64,000 bases of DNA from Eledone cirrhosa (GCA_964016885.1 OZ024741.1:416082001-416146000); one strand, 5' to 3'. Shown: positions 54,011-64,000, counted from the stretch's first letter. Made by a program: numbers and translations. Notes: generated by a model not told the origin, from the sequence alone.

Positions 54011-54960
54011 TGTTTCTACTTTTGTCACAAAGCCAGCAATTACTCAGTGTATTACTGGTACTTTATTTTATTGACCCCGTAAGGATGAAAGGCAAAGTTA
54101 ACCTCAGCGGGATTTGAACTTAGTCCGTAAAGGGACGTAACTGTGCTGCAAAGCATGGCGCTCGACCCTCTACCGATACTGCCAATCCACCGCCCTAGCA
54201 TGGTGTTCGACCCTCTACCGATACTGCCAATCCACCGCCCTAGCATGGTGTCCGACCCTCTACCGATACTGCCAATCCACCGCCCTAGCATGGTGTCCGA
54301 CCCTCTACCAATACTGCCAATCCACCGCCCTAGCATGGTGTCTGACCCTCTACCGATACTGCCAATCCACCGCCCTAGCATGGTGTCTGACCCTCTACCG
54401 ATACTGCCAATCCACCGCCCTAGCATGGTGTCTGACCCTCTACCGATACTGCCAATCCACCGCCCTAGCATGGTGTCTGACCCTCTACCGATACTGCCAA
54501 TCCACCGCCCTAGCATGGTGTCTGACCCTCTACCGATACTGCCAATCCACCGCCCTAGCATGGTGTCTGACCCTCTACCGATACTGCCAATCCACCGCCC
54601 TAGCATGGTGTCTGACCCTCTACCGATACTGCCAATCCACCGCCCTAGCATGGTGTCTGACCCTCTACCGATACTGCCAATCCACCGCCCTAGCATGGTG
54701 TCTGACCCTCTACCGATACTGCCAATCCACCGCCCTAGCATGGTGTCTGACCCTCTACCGATACTGCCAATCCACCGCCCTAGCATGGTGTCTGACCCTC
54801 TACCGATACTGCCAATCCACCGCCCTAGCATGGTGTCTGACCCTCTACCGATACTGCCAATCCACCGCCCTAGCATGGTGTCTGACCCTCTACCGATACT
54901 GCCAATCCACCGCCCTAGCATGGTGTCTGACCCTCTACCGATACTGCCAATCCACCACCC
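54011..54960 (-). mobile_element. Full-length SINE whose 5' head is amplified in tandem; flanked by a 16-bp TSD
   Basis: TATATTGGATAATAAT at 53995-54010 and 54961-54976; body 54011-54195 homologous to the neighbouring SINE. Confidence 0.88.
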
Positions 54961-54961
54961 T
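54152..54961. repeat. Tandem array, 18 x 45 bp, of the SINE A-box head
   Basis: Unit AGCATGGTGTCTGACCCTCTACCGATACTGCCAATCCACCGCCCT; 810 bp = 18 x 45. Confidence 0.97.
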
Positions 54962-55074
54962 ATATTGGATAATAATAATATTTGATTTGTTTGCAAGCAA
55001 ACAACCTCATTACACTGTGTTTTATAGATGACCATCGTCATCCTTTTGTTCTAGTGGTGACCTCTATGTCATAT

Positions 55075-55390
55075 CCAAGAGAGATGAACCAAATTCACAA
55101 AATGAAATTGTCTGCAATGTGTTGTGATGGACACGAAAGCATTGGTATCCCAACATGGGGTAGACCTCACAGAATGTAAATCTACATCAAACAGATATGT
55201 GAGGATGTTGAGTTCATTCTAGAGGATCTGCTGCCATGAGTATGTGAGTAGACCTCACAGAACCTACATTAGCCAGTTATGTGAGAATGCTGGGTGCAAA
55301 TTGGAGTACCTACCATGAGCAATGGATGACTGAGACAGGGGGAAAGGGAAAGTCATGGTGATCCATCTAACCAGCAGACCAAAATGATAT
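55075..55390 (+). mobile_element. Old RTE-type LINE 3' fragment with an internal ~85-bp duplication
   Basis: GTAGACCTCACAGAA occurs twice; translation fragments RPHRTYISQLCENAGCKLEYLP*AMDD*DRG resemble RTE C-termini. Confidence 0.55.
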
Positions 55391-55445
55391 TAGTGGCAGG
55401 TTGTTGTGAAAATTTGTAATATTAGAATAAGGACTTTAATTTTTA

Positions 55446-55505
55446 ATTGTTTCTACTTTAGGCACAAGGCCAGCAATTACCCAGTGCGTTACTGGTACTT
55501 TATTT
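55446..55505 (-). mobile_element. SINE 3' fragment
   Basis: ATTGTTTCTACTTTAGGCACAAGGCCAGCAATTACCCAGTG matches the other copies. Confidence 0.8.
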
Positions 55506-56287
55506 TTAATGTGATACAATCCTAGTTCTGTTGTATGCTTTTCAAGAATAACTTTGCTAATCATTGTGAAAATTTGCAGTCGACCAAACTAAAGGTTTTA
55601 ATTCTTAATGTGATGCAGTCATAGTGTTGTTTTGTATTTTTCAAGAATGTCTTGTTAATGCGGTTTGTTGTGGTACAGGACATTAAATGATTTTTAAGCC
55701 ATTTGAAAAGAAAGACAAATTATTTATTCGACTTGACCACGTTTCCCTTCAGAGGTACCTGTCTTCATACCATTGTATGATGTGAGTTTGTTGTTGCTTT
55801 CACTCAGTAGACATACAATAAAAAGAATTCCACACGTAACCATCCCATCTTATTTTCAGTATATTATCCAGAGTGTGAGGATGTGGAAGGTTTAGCTGCC
55901 AGTTATTAGCTGATCCAGGCAACCACATGTAATGGAGATTCTATTATTGGCTCCTCGTCATTAGGATTCCTATCGTTGTTGATCCCAGATCAACTCTGAT
56001 CAGGCATTCCAGTTGTGACCATCCTGTCTTTGTAAGATTATGTATGGACCTGTAACTCCTGATGTAGTTGTAGGGACACCAAACTTGACGGAGTTCCTCC
56101 ACTATCCAGGTCTGAACATAGCAGATTTCTACCAGAGAGAGGGGTGGGGTGTAAGAAAGATATATAGAAGAAGGATCAACCATCATACTGGGTTGTTGTA
56201 TGGCCTTGAATGGTAAAGTTGACCATGGCGGGATTTCAACTTAGAGAGTAGAGAGAGCTGAAACAAATACGGCAAAACATTATATTT

Positions 56288-56500
56288 CTTCTTCTTCTTG
56301 AGAGGGTTGTTGGGGGAAAGTCCTCAAACACTCCTTCCAGTGAGTCTTGTCAGAAGCAACCATCTCCAACTAATCCAGCTGGGTCCCCAAGCAAGACCAG
56401 CCAAGCTCGGGGTCTACCTCTTGGTCTCCTGCCGGTTGGTCTCCTGCCAGTAAAATCTGTCCAGCAATTCTTTCCTGAGACATTCTCACCACATGCCCAT
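56288..56500 (-). mobile_element. Old RTE (Expander/Rex3-like) 3' fragment
   Basis: GHVVRMSQERIAGQIL..GRRPRGRPR..EMVASDKTHWKECLRTFPQQPSQEE followed by (GAA)n. Confidence 0.6.
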
Positions 56501-56804
56501 GTTCTTATGACTCTGCCAATTCACCACCTCCTTTTTAGGAGTATGTAAAATGAAACTATCTATTGTGTCATTTCCTTATTTTTGCCAGTAATGTGTGATT
56601 TGAGTGAGAATTAGCTCAGTTGGTTTGTCACAAAGTGTGCAGTAGTAACAGGTTATTTATTGTCTGACATACATTGCTACTATACCTTAATTCCACACCA
56701 GCTGTTAGTCTACCCTGAATTGTGTGAAATTGTAACACACTGAACTGCCAGCAAATTGACAAAGTTATTAAAATTTTCAACAATATTCTGCAGTAGTCAT
56801 TCCA

Positions 56805-56905
56805 GCTCCACTGCTTTCTGAATTCAAATTCTGCTGAAATCAACTTTGTCTTTCATTCTTCTGAGGTCAATAAAAAAGAAGTACCAGTCTAATACTGGTG
56901 TTGAT
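56805..56905 (+). mobile_element. Degenerate SINE (B box and core)
   Basis: CTGAATTCAAATTCTGCTGAAATCAACTTTGTCTTTCATTCTTCTGAGGTCAATAAAAAAGAAGTACCAG. Confidence 0.65.
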
Positions 56906-57138
56906 TCTTTCTTTATATCTCTTTCTCACTTCTTTTCTATCATTCTGTCTCTTCTTCTCTGGAAGACATCTGCTGTGTTCAGACTTGGAGAAGAGATAAG
57001 CTCTGACAGGTTTTAAAACTGCCCCAGAAATGTTGTATGTGAATATGGCACCCTTATCACGCCACCTGACATAATGAGTATATATGTATGCACATACATA
57101 TATATATACCACACAGGCACACACACATATATATATAT

Positions 57139-57346
57139 ATCATCATCATCATCATCACCGTTTTACGTTCGTTCTTCCACGCTAGCATGGGTTAGACGGG
57201 TTGTCCTGTTGTGGGCAGTGTCTGGTCGGCTGACCATGCCTTGCTCATACAGGAACTGATTTTGGCTTGATTTCTACAGCTGGATGCCCTTCCTAACACC
57301 AACCTCATTTACAGTGAGTGCTGGGTGCTTTTTCGTGGCGCCTACA
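57139..57346 (-). mobile_element. 208-bp 5'-truncated copy of the same RTE family as 3644-7338
   Basis: Nearly identical to 3647-3853 (differences at two sites), with a (GAT)6 tail, inserted in an (AT)n tract. Confidence 0.95.
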
Positions 57347-57657
57347 TATATATGTATATATACATACACACACACACATACATGTGTTGATTGCTACTCC
57401 TTGTCAGAAGAGTGCAATCCCTTCATTGAACATTGCACGGTCAGGTGCACACAGGTGACTTTTCAGACCCACTTTAGTTTTGCAGATACGTTCACTGATG
57501 TGACACGGGAACTGTCTGTCTCCTGGTAAAACTGGCTGTTGTGTGTCTTCATTGATTCTACCATCTCATAAATACATACATACGTATATACACATACATA
57601 CACATACATACATACACACATACATACACACATACGTATATACACACATACATACAG

Positions 57658-58460
57658 GATGGCTGCAAACTCTGCCAAGAGTATTGCAATCGTTTGTCAG
57701 ATTCAGATGTGGGACTCTCGGATATGGCTTTTCAAGCCCGCTAGAGACTTGCTCTCCTTTACAACTATGGATCTCCCTGGCTTGAGGTCCCGCATCAGGT
57801 TGCCTGTGAACCCTCACAACACCGTGGGGATCATAGTTCACTGGTTCTCTTTGAACATGGCTGTGACTGTGGCTCCTGACACCAGATTTGTTCAAGCAAA
57901 TCTTTTCACACTCAGGGCACTTCAATTCAATGGAGACACTGATCGTTTTCAATCCAGGGCATTGCTTACGCACATCCCGTTTGATCTTCTCGTACTCTAT
58001 GTGCATGTCTTCAAAATTATGGACCCCATCATTCACCATTCCACAGCACGTTTCTCTTTCAAGAGCTTCTATCTCCAAGTCAGCACCATCAAACCAGTTT
58101 TTTTCAATGAGTCCTTTACAGAATAGTTGAATCAGAGTTTTGGCTTGTGAGGTGGTCTCTTATCTTTACAAAGCTCGTCATACAAGAGTTGTTTGGGATT
58201 CAATCATCCTCCATTCTGCAGAGGTGTCCAGTCCATTGCAAATGCCGTTGGTCGATGATACTCTCAATGCTCCAACACTCCTCAAGGACCTCAACATCAC
58301 TCACATACATCTGCCACATGATACCGAGCATCTTTCTGAGACATTGCTGGTGAAATCATTCCAGTCTTTTGATATGTAGGTAACCCATGTCACACGCATA
58401 CAGCAAAGCTGATAGTAAACATGCAGCATACACTTTCACCTTGGTCTTCATTGTGATTCC
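57658..58460 (-). mobile_element. Decayed BovB-like RTE 3' portion with C-terminal C2H2 zinc-finger-like motifs
   Basis: Fragments KVKVYAACLLSALLYAC, FHQQCLRKMLGI.W, LQWTGHLCRMEDD, CPECEKICLNKSGVRSHSHSH and KSLAGLKSHIRESH. Confidence 0.8.
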
Positions 58461-58890
58461 TCATATACATACATACATACATAGATACCTATATACATAC
58501 ACACATACACTCATACATATTCATACATACATATATATATATATGCATACATTCATACTTGTATACACACACACACACAAACAACAGATTATGTATTGTC
58601 TGACCTCATTGCTATTCTCTCTCCATTTCATCTGTCAGTCTACCCCCATACCACCCTGAATTCTCTGTAATAGTAACAGGATGTATATTATCTGATGATA
58701 TCTTTCTCTCCTGTTACACCCCCTCTGCTGGTCTACCATTATACCACCTCTGGTATGTTCAGTGGTATCAGTTTGTTACCTGATGTAACAGATTAGTAAA
58801 AGATCATTGCTCCAAATTATTTCATTGCAGTACATTACTGGTACTTTATTTTGTTGACCCCGTAAGGATAAAAGGCAATGTTAATCTCGT

Positions 58891-58992
58891 CGAGGTTAAC
58901 TTTGCCTTTCATCCTTACGGGGTCGATAAAATAAAGTACCAGTAATGTACTGGGATAATTGCTGGCTTTGTGCCAAAAATAGAAACAATTAT
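58891..58992 (+). mobile_element. 5'-truncated SINE preceded by an inverted copy of its own first 62 bp
   Basis: Core and 3' end match the other SINE copies; 58828-58889 is its reverse complement. Confidence 0.85.
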
Positions 58993-59193
58993 TTCATTCT
59001 ACCTCTCAGCATCCACAACAACAACAAGGCATCAGATAATAGGATGGTGGGGAAAGTTACTCCACTATGTCAGTGTGTTCTCATTCTACTTAGCCCTAGG
59101 TCAGCCCCCAATCAATAAAACTCATTATCAAAGACATTCCAGTTGTGACCATCCTGTCCTATGTGCAGGGAACATTAAATCACATTATTCATC

Positions 59194-59341
59194 TTGGCAG
59201 TATCGGTAGTACCCTTTACGATCTGAGTTCAAATCTCGCCGAGGTTAACTTTGCCTTTCATCCTTACGTGGTCGATAAAATAAAGTACCAGTAATGTACT
59301 GGGTAATTGCTGGCCTTGTGCCAAAAGTAGAAACAATTATT
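59194..59341 (+). mobile_element. SINE with a deletion between the A and B boxes
   Basis: TGGCAGTATCGGTAG joined to CCCTTTACGATCTGAGTTCAAATCTCGCCGAGG, then full core and 3' end. Confidence 0.85.
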
Positions 59342-59386
59342 CATCATGTTTATTTTATTTTTTTGGCTCATTTTTGTTTCCTTTAA

Positions 59387-59615
59387 CCCTTTAGCATTTA
59401 AACTGGCCGTATCCAGCCAGAATTCTCTCACCTCTTTCTGTTCAAACTGGCTGTAATTGGACACTCATACTTATGTTAAGGTATTGTTCTCAAAATAAAT
59501 AATATCAAAATCTCATAGATTCGACATTATGTGAGGTAAAGACTTTACCATGAAAATGCAATAGTATATATAATAGTATCTATAGTATATATAGAGTAAT
59601 ATAAATGCTAAAGGG
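59387..59615. mobile_element. piggyBac-type MITE (229 bp)
   Basis: Perfect 14-bp TIRs CCCTTTAGCATTTA / TAAATGCTAAAGGG; TTAA on the left, CTAA (mutated TSD) on the right. Confidence 0.82.
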
Positions 59616-59779
59616 CTAAGACAACTGTGGGTGATATTTGAGGCAATTTTCACTGCTATTTCTAACCGGCCAAACAACCATGTAGAGGCTCTATTGTTGA
59701 TTTGTTCAAATTTATTTTGATTGCATTTTAAAATGTCAAGAATCTTAAGATTTTATATTTAAATTTAATTTGTTATCAG

Positions 59780-59923
59780 ATCCGGCCATACTTGTTATCT
59801 TCCAAAATGTCAACTGGTTTTAAAATCAACAGCTTGGACCATTTTGTAATTACGGTCAAGGATATAGATCAAACGGTCAGTTTTTATACCAAAGTTCTGG
59901 GAATGGATTTGGTCTCATTTAAG
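59780..59923 (+). CDS. GLOD5: Exon of glyoxalase domain-containing protein 5-like (VOC family) gene; candidate ATG at 59807
   Basis: Acceptor TTTGTTATCAG at 59779, donor AAG|GTTTGT at 59924, 144 nt open in phase 0: [48 protein letters not shown]. This matches the VOC N-terminal motif LDH.V.TV.D...T..FY..VLGM....FK of GLOD5. Confidence 0.88.
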
Positions 59924-59971
59924 GTTTGTTGCTAAATTATATCTGATACCAGACAGCTGGATATGGACATT

Positions 59972-60400
<429 letters not shown>

Positions 60401-60401
60401 T

Positions 60402-60930
60402 GATGGCTGCAAACTCTGCTAAGAGTATTGCAATTGCTTGTCAGATTACAGAGTTTGGTGCACCTTTAGGCTACGGCCAGCCACACGAACCTGTAACAGA
60501 TCCTGAACAAGCAAAGCCTGTACTTTGAAGGTTTTTTAAGTGAGGAAAGGCCTTACACTCGACCAATCCCACTCTCTGGGCATCGAAAATACTACCTGAA
60601 AAGGAGAACTGGTCAACATCATCAGATGCTTCAGAAGCTGCAGGGTTTTTTCAGTTTCCTTCTCTTAGAAAGGTGTGTAACAACAACTGAGGGCCTTTCA
60701 CGCCCAGGTGAAAAAAAAAGTACTATTTGGATGGCTGTTGACTCTGCTGAGTTCCTCCGCCCTTTGCCGGGTCTTGTATTTCATCATGCAAGGTGTCCAT
60801 ATATCACCCCCCCCCCCTCCTCACCAAGCTAGCTTGGTGGGGTTGCCAGTTTAGTCACCGATGACCCAACCATGAGACAGGTTGTACTGGGTTACTTGTT
60901 ACCAGTAGTACTTGAGAGCAACCTGACATA
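60402..60930 (-). mobile_element. Putative non-autonomous bipartite RTE derivative (5' UTR-like part joined to the 3' UTR of the BovB-like family)
   Basis: 60402-60447 matches 57658-57703 at 43/46 nt; the remainder is non-coding and structured, with an RTE-5'UTR-like CTAAGAGAAGGAAACTGA motif; bounded by microsatellites. Confidence 0.55.
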
Positions 60931-61113
60931 CACATGCATACACACACACACATACACACACATATGTACACACACACATACGTACACACACATACATACA
61001 CACACACACACATATAATACAACCCCTTTACAAATGTATGATCATAGACCAATGATAGAAATTATTTATTATATATTTTCATCAATTTAAACAATTTTGT
61101 ATTAAAACTTTAG

Positions 61114-61314
<201 letters not shown>

Positions 61315-61343
61315 TAGCATCATCATCATCATCATAATCATTG

Positions 61344-61360
61344 TGTCCATTTTTCTCTGA

Positions 61361-61413
<53 letters not shown>

Positions 61414-61414
61414 G

Positions 61415-61445
<31 letters not shown>

Positions 61446-61514
61446 ATGCATGTATGTGTACATGCATATATATATATACATGTATGTGTACATGTATATA
61501 TATATATACATGTA

Positions 61515-61580
<66 letters not shown>
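61344..61580. repeat. (TA)n microsatellite with CATGTATGTGTACATG interruptions
   Basis: Direct inspection. Confidence 0.95.
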
Positions 61581-61586
<6 letters not shown>

Positions 61587-61758
61587 TTTATACTTATATA
61601 TAAACTATATATAATTATAAACAGGAAAGGTCAGTATTTTTTATTTTTTACCACCTTATTACCAGTATGAGAAATAGCTCAATGTAAATACATCAGATGT
61701 TTTACAGAGCAGGAATATAAAGTACAAAACCATCAAAACTATGTTTAATACATTTTAT

Positions 61759-61805
61759 TGCTGACAATCGTTTCTTCCAAACAGCCGTTTGGAATCATCA
61801 GAGCA
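61759..61805 (-). ncRNA. Minimal type I hammerhead ribozyme with intact catalytic core
   Basis: Minus strand UGCU-CUGAUGA-UUCCAAAC(GGCU)GUUUGGAA-GAAAC-GAUU-GUC^AGCA: helix I 4 bp, helix II 8 bp, short helix III with tetraloop; AAUAAA follows immediately. Confidence 0.85.
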
Positions 61806-61850
61806 TTGGCAAAGTTTAAACATATAATTAAAATCCTATTCTACAGAACA

Positions 61851-62631
61851 ATCATCATCATGATCATGATGATCATCATCATCGTTTAACGTCCGTGTTC
61901 CACGCTTGCATGGGTTTGGACGGGAGTTTTCCCACTTGAGGCAATAGTGATTGTCTTGCTCGCATAGGACTGTCTGGCGGGTTTTCTACAGTTGGATGCC
62001 CTTCCTAACACCAACCACATTTACAGTGTGGGGCTGGGAGGTTTTTACCGTGTTACCTACACAGCCACATTACAGCGTGGACTGTGTGTTTTTTTGTCGT
62101 GACACCTACACGATCTCATTTGTTTCGGCCTGGATGTTGTGGCACCAACATAACTTTACATTGAAAGGGGAGGTGTGGATGGGGTGGGGGTGGTGGGACG
62201 GGGGTGTATTTTGTTAGAGATGCCTACTGACTGTAGTAGGTTTTACTTTGTATTTAGGTAAGGCGGGTCTTCTCTATTACTGAGTACCGCCAAAGGTCTC
62301 GGTCCAGTGACATTGTCTTGGAGAGGTGTAAGTGTGTGAGGTCGGAATTTATCAGCTCGTCCCAGGTTTTTCTGGGTCTGCCTACTCCGTGACTACCGTC
62401 TATCTTTATTGCCCTGCACTTTGTTATACAGCTATCGTCTTTCATGCGCATCACGTGACCATACCAACGTAGTCTTCTCTCGAGTAAACAACATCTGATC
62501 CCTCTTATTTCTAATTTTTCCCTTAGTTCGTTTATGCTTTGCCGTTCACGTATATTACTATTACACATCCAGCGGAGCATGCAAGCTTCGTTCCTCTCTA
62601 GTCTGCGTATATCCTCTGCACACAATGCCCA
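61851..62631 (-). mobile_element. 5'-truncated RTE, sister subfamily of the satellite-inserted element
   Basis: WALCAEDIRRLERNEACMLRWMCNSNIRERQSINELREKL... closely parallels the C-terminus of 3947..6442; 3' UTR motif GGATGCCCTTCCTAACACCAACC; (GAT)-rich tail. Confidence 0.93.
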
Positions 62632-62988
62632 GATAAAGATATATTGATATTATTGTTGCTATCAATAATATCATATTTAAAGAGAGTGAAGATGTTGTGG
62701 TCTGTAGCAATGGGTATAATAAAGAGTATAAAAGAATTATAAAAGTTACTCGCAAAGGAGGTACATAGGCATATAGACAGTAAGAATGCAGAGGTATTAG
62801 GCATATACAGAACACATGCATCATCGAAACTTTGTATATGTATACTACACAAGTTGCTTCACAATTTTCTCCTTACATCCTACCCATGCATTGCTGACTG
62901 CGTAATACCCTATGACACCTATATTTTGTGATATCTTTGCCATACTATGCTATATATGCTTAATACCTTTGCTTTCTTTACCATATTA

Positions 62989-63144
62989 TTCTGTATATGC
63001 CTAATACCTCTGCATTCTTACTGTCTATATGCCTATGTACCACTAATGTCCTCATTTGCGAGTAACCTTCTTTTATAATTCTTTTATAATCTTTATTATA
63101 CCCATTGCTACAGACCACAACATCCTCACTCTCTTTGAATATGA
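62989..63144 (+). repeat. Inverted partial copy B of the hammerhead-bearing repeat
   Basis: Reverse complement of 62671-62812 with a few substitutions and two small indels. Confidence 0.88.
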
Positions 63145-63174
63145 CACATACATATGCATATATATATATATGAT

Positions 63175-63650
63175 AATAATAGTATTTATATATATGAACT
63201 ATATACAATTAACTACGAACATGTAATATATTGTACTACCCAGTTACCAGTAAGAGAATTAGCTCAATGTAAAACATCAGATGTATTACAGAGCAGAGAT
63301 ACAAAATATAAAACAATCAATTTTTGTTTAATGCATTTAATTGCTGACGATCGTTTCTTCCAGACTGGAATCATCGGACCATACACAATGTTTAAACAAG
63401 TAATTACATTCCTAGTCTTTAGAACATTCATTAAGATACATTATTATTAACAGTGTCAGTGACATCGTATTGAAAAGCAAGAGTAACAAAATGATATTAT
63501 AGTGGACAGATAGCAAAATAAGGGGGGTATTACTTAAAGTGAGTATATCAAGCATATTACACAGAAAGTTACTAATAGTATGCATAAAGGTAATACAGGT
63601 GCAAAAACATAGAAAGCATATACATATTACAGTAAAAAGATGATGTCACT
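63175..63650 (-). mobile_element. Hammerhead-bearing repeat, copy C (diverged)
   Basis: Shares TTACCAGTA.GAGAA.TAGCTCAATGTAAA..CATCAGATGT.TTACAGAGCAG and downstream blocks with copy A. Confidence 0.7.
63342..63381 (-). ncRNA. Degenerate minimal hammerhead ribozyme (U4->C, one helix I mismatch)
   Basis: Minus strand UGGU-CCGAUGA-UUCCA(GUC)UGGAA-GAAAC-GAUC-GUC^AGCA; palindromic GAUC loop III. Confidence 0.7.
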
Positions 63651-63734
63651 AACAACTAACCTATGCTGGGGGATACATTCTTCCCCAGGGTATGCTTTAG
63701 TATTTGACACCATCTGTTTGTCTCATTGCCTAAA

Positions 63735-64000
63735 TTGGCTATGGAAGCAACAGTTGGATTCAAGAGGACTGAGAGTGAACCTAGCTAAGACTAAGGTGTT
63801 GATAAGTAGAAAAGAGGACAAAACTCTGATTCTATCAGAGAAATGGCCATGTTCGATATGTAGGAAAGGAACTGGCATAAATTCTATAAAATGTACACAA
63901 TGCAGATCTTGAGTACACAAGAGGTGTAATGGGATAGCAGGCAAACTAACGGGTAGGGAAAACTACATATGCAGTAGATGTACAGGGAAACTTGACAGTA
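63735..64000 (+). mobile_element. Decayed RTE internal fragment (post-RT region with PHD-like finger), runs off the window
   Basis: WKQQLDSRGLRVNLAKTKVLISRK..KWPCSICRKGTGINSIKCTQCRS*VHKRC, homologous to 4600-4850. Confidence 0.9.

Larger units (their letters stand above)
61581..62812 (-). mobile_element. Hammerhead-bearing repeat, copy A (Penelope pLTR/retrozyme-like), split by an RTE insertion at 61851-62631
   Basis: 61581-61850 plus 62632-62812 align colinearly by eye with 63175-63650. Confidence 0.7.

Noticed and set aside
54052-55041. 329-aa and 280-aa repeat ORFs (GRWIGSIGRGSDTML / PSMVSDPLPILPIHR)
   Set aside because: Translation of the 45-bp SINE-head array, open only because 45 is a multiple of three.

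Overview
Eukaryotic, repeat-rich DNA. A cephalopod (octopus-like) origin is inferred from the SINE/LINE repertoire and the (AT)/(CA) microsatellites, not proven. Positions 1-47.65 kb are a 21-bp satellite (GGGGTCTCTGTTATATTAACT, with 19-bp variants) organised in nested higher-order duplications. It is interrupted once by a near full-length RTE-clade LINE on the minus strand (APE + RT + PHD-like finger, one premature TGA). The last 16 kb is a mosaic of SINEs, LINE fragments (RTE, BovB-like, CR1, CRE-like), a Tc1/mariner remnant, a piggyBac-type MITE and microsatellites. It also holds two tandem arrays born from retroelement pieces (16x61 bp from a CR1 ORF end, 18x45 bp from a SINE A-box head) and one host coding exon (GLOD5-like) missed by the ORF track. 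The most notable element is a ~450-bp repeat family present in three copies; two copies carry minimal type I hammerhead ribozyme motifs (Penelope pLTR/retrozyme-like). Almost all ORFs in the supplied track are translation artefacts of repeats.
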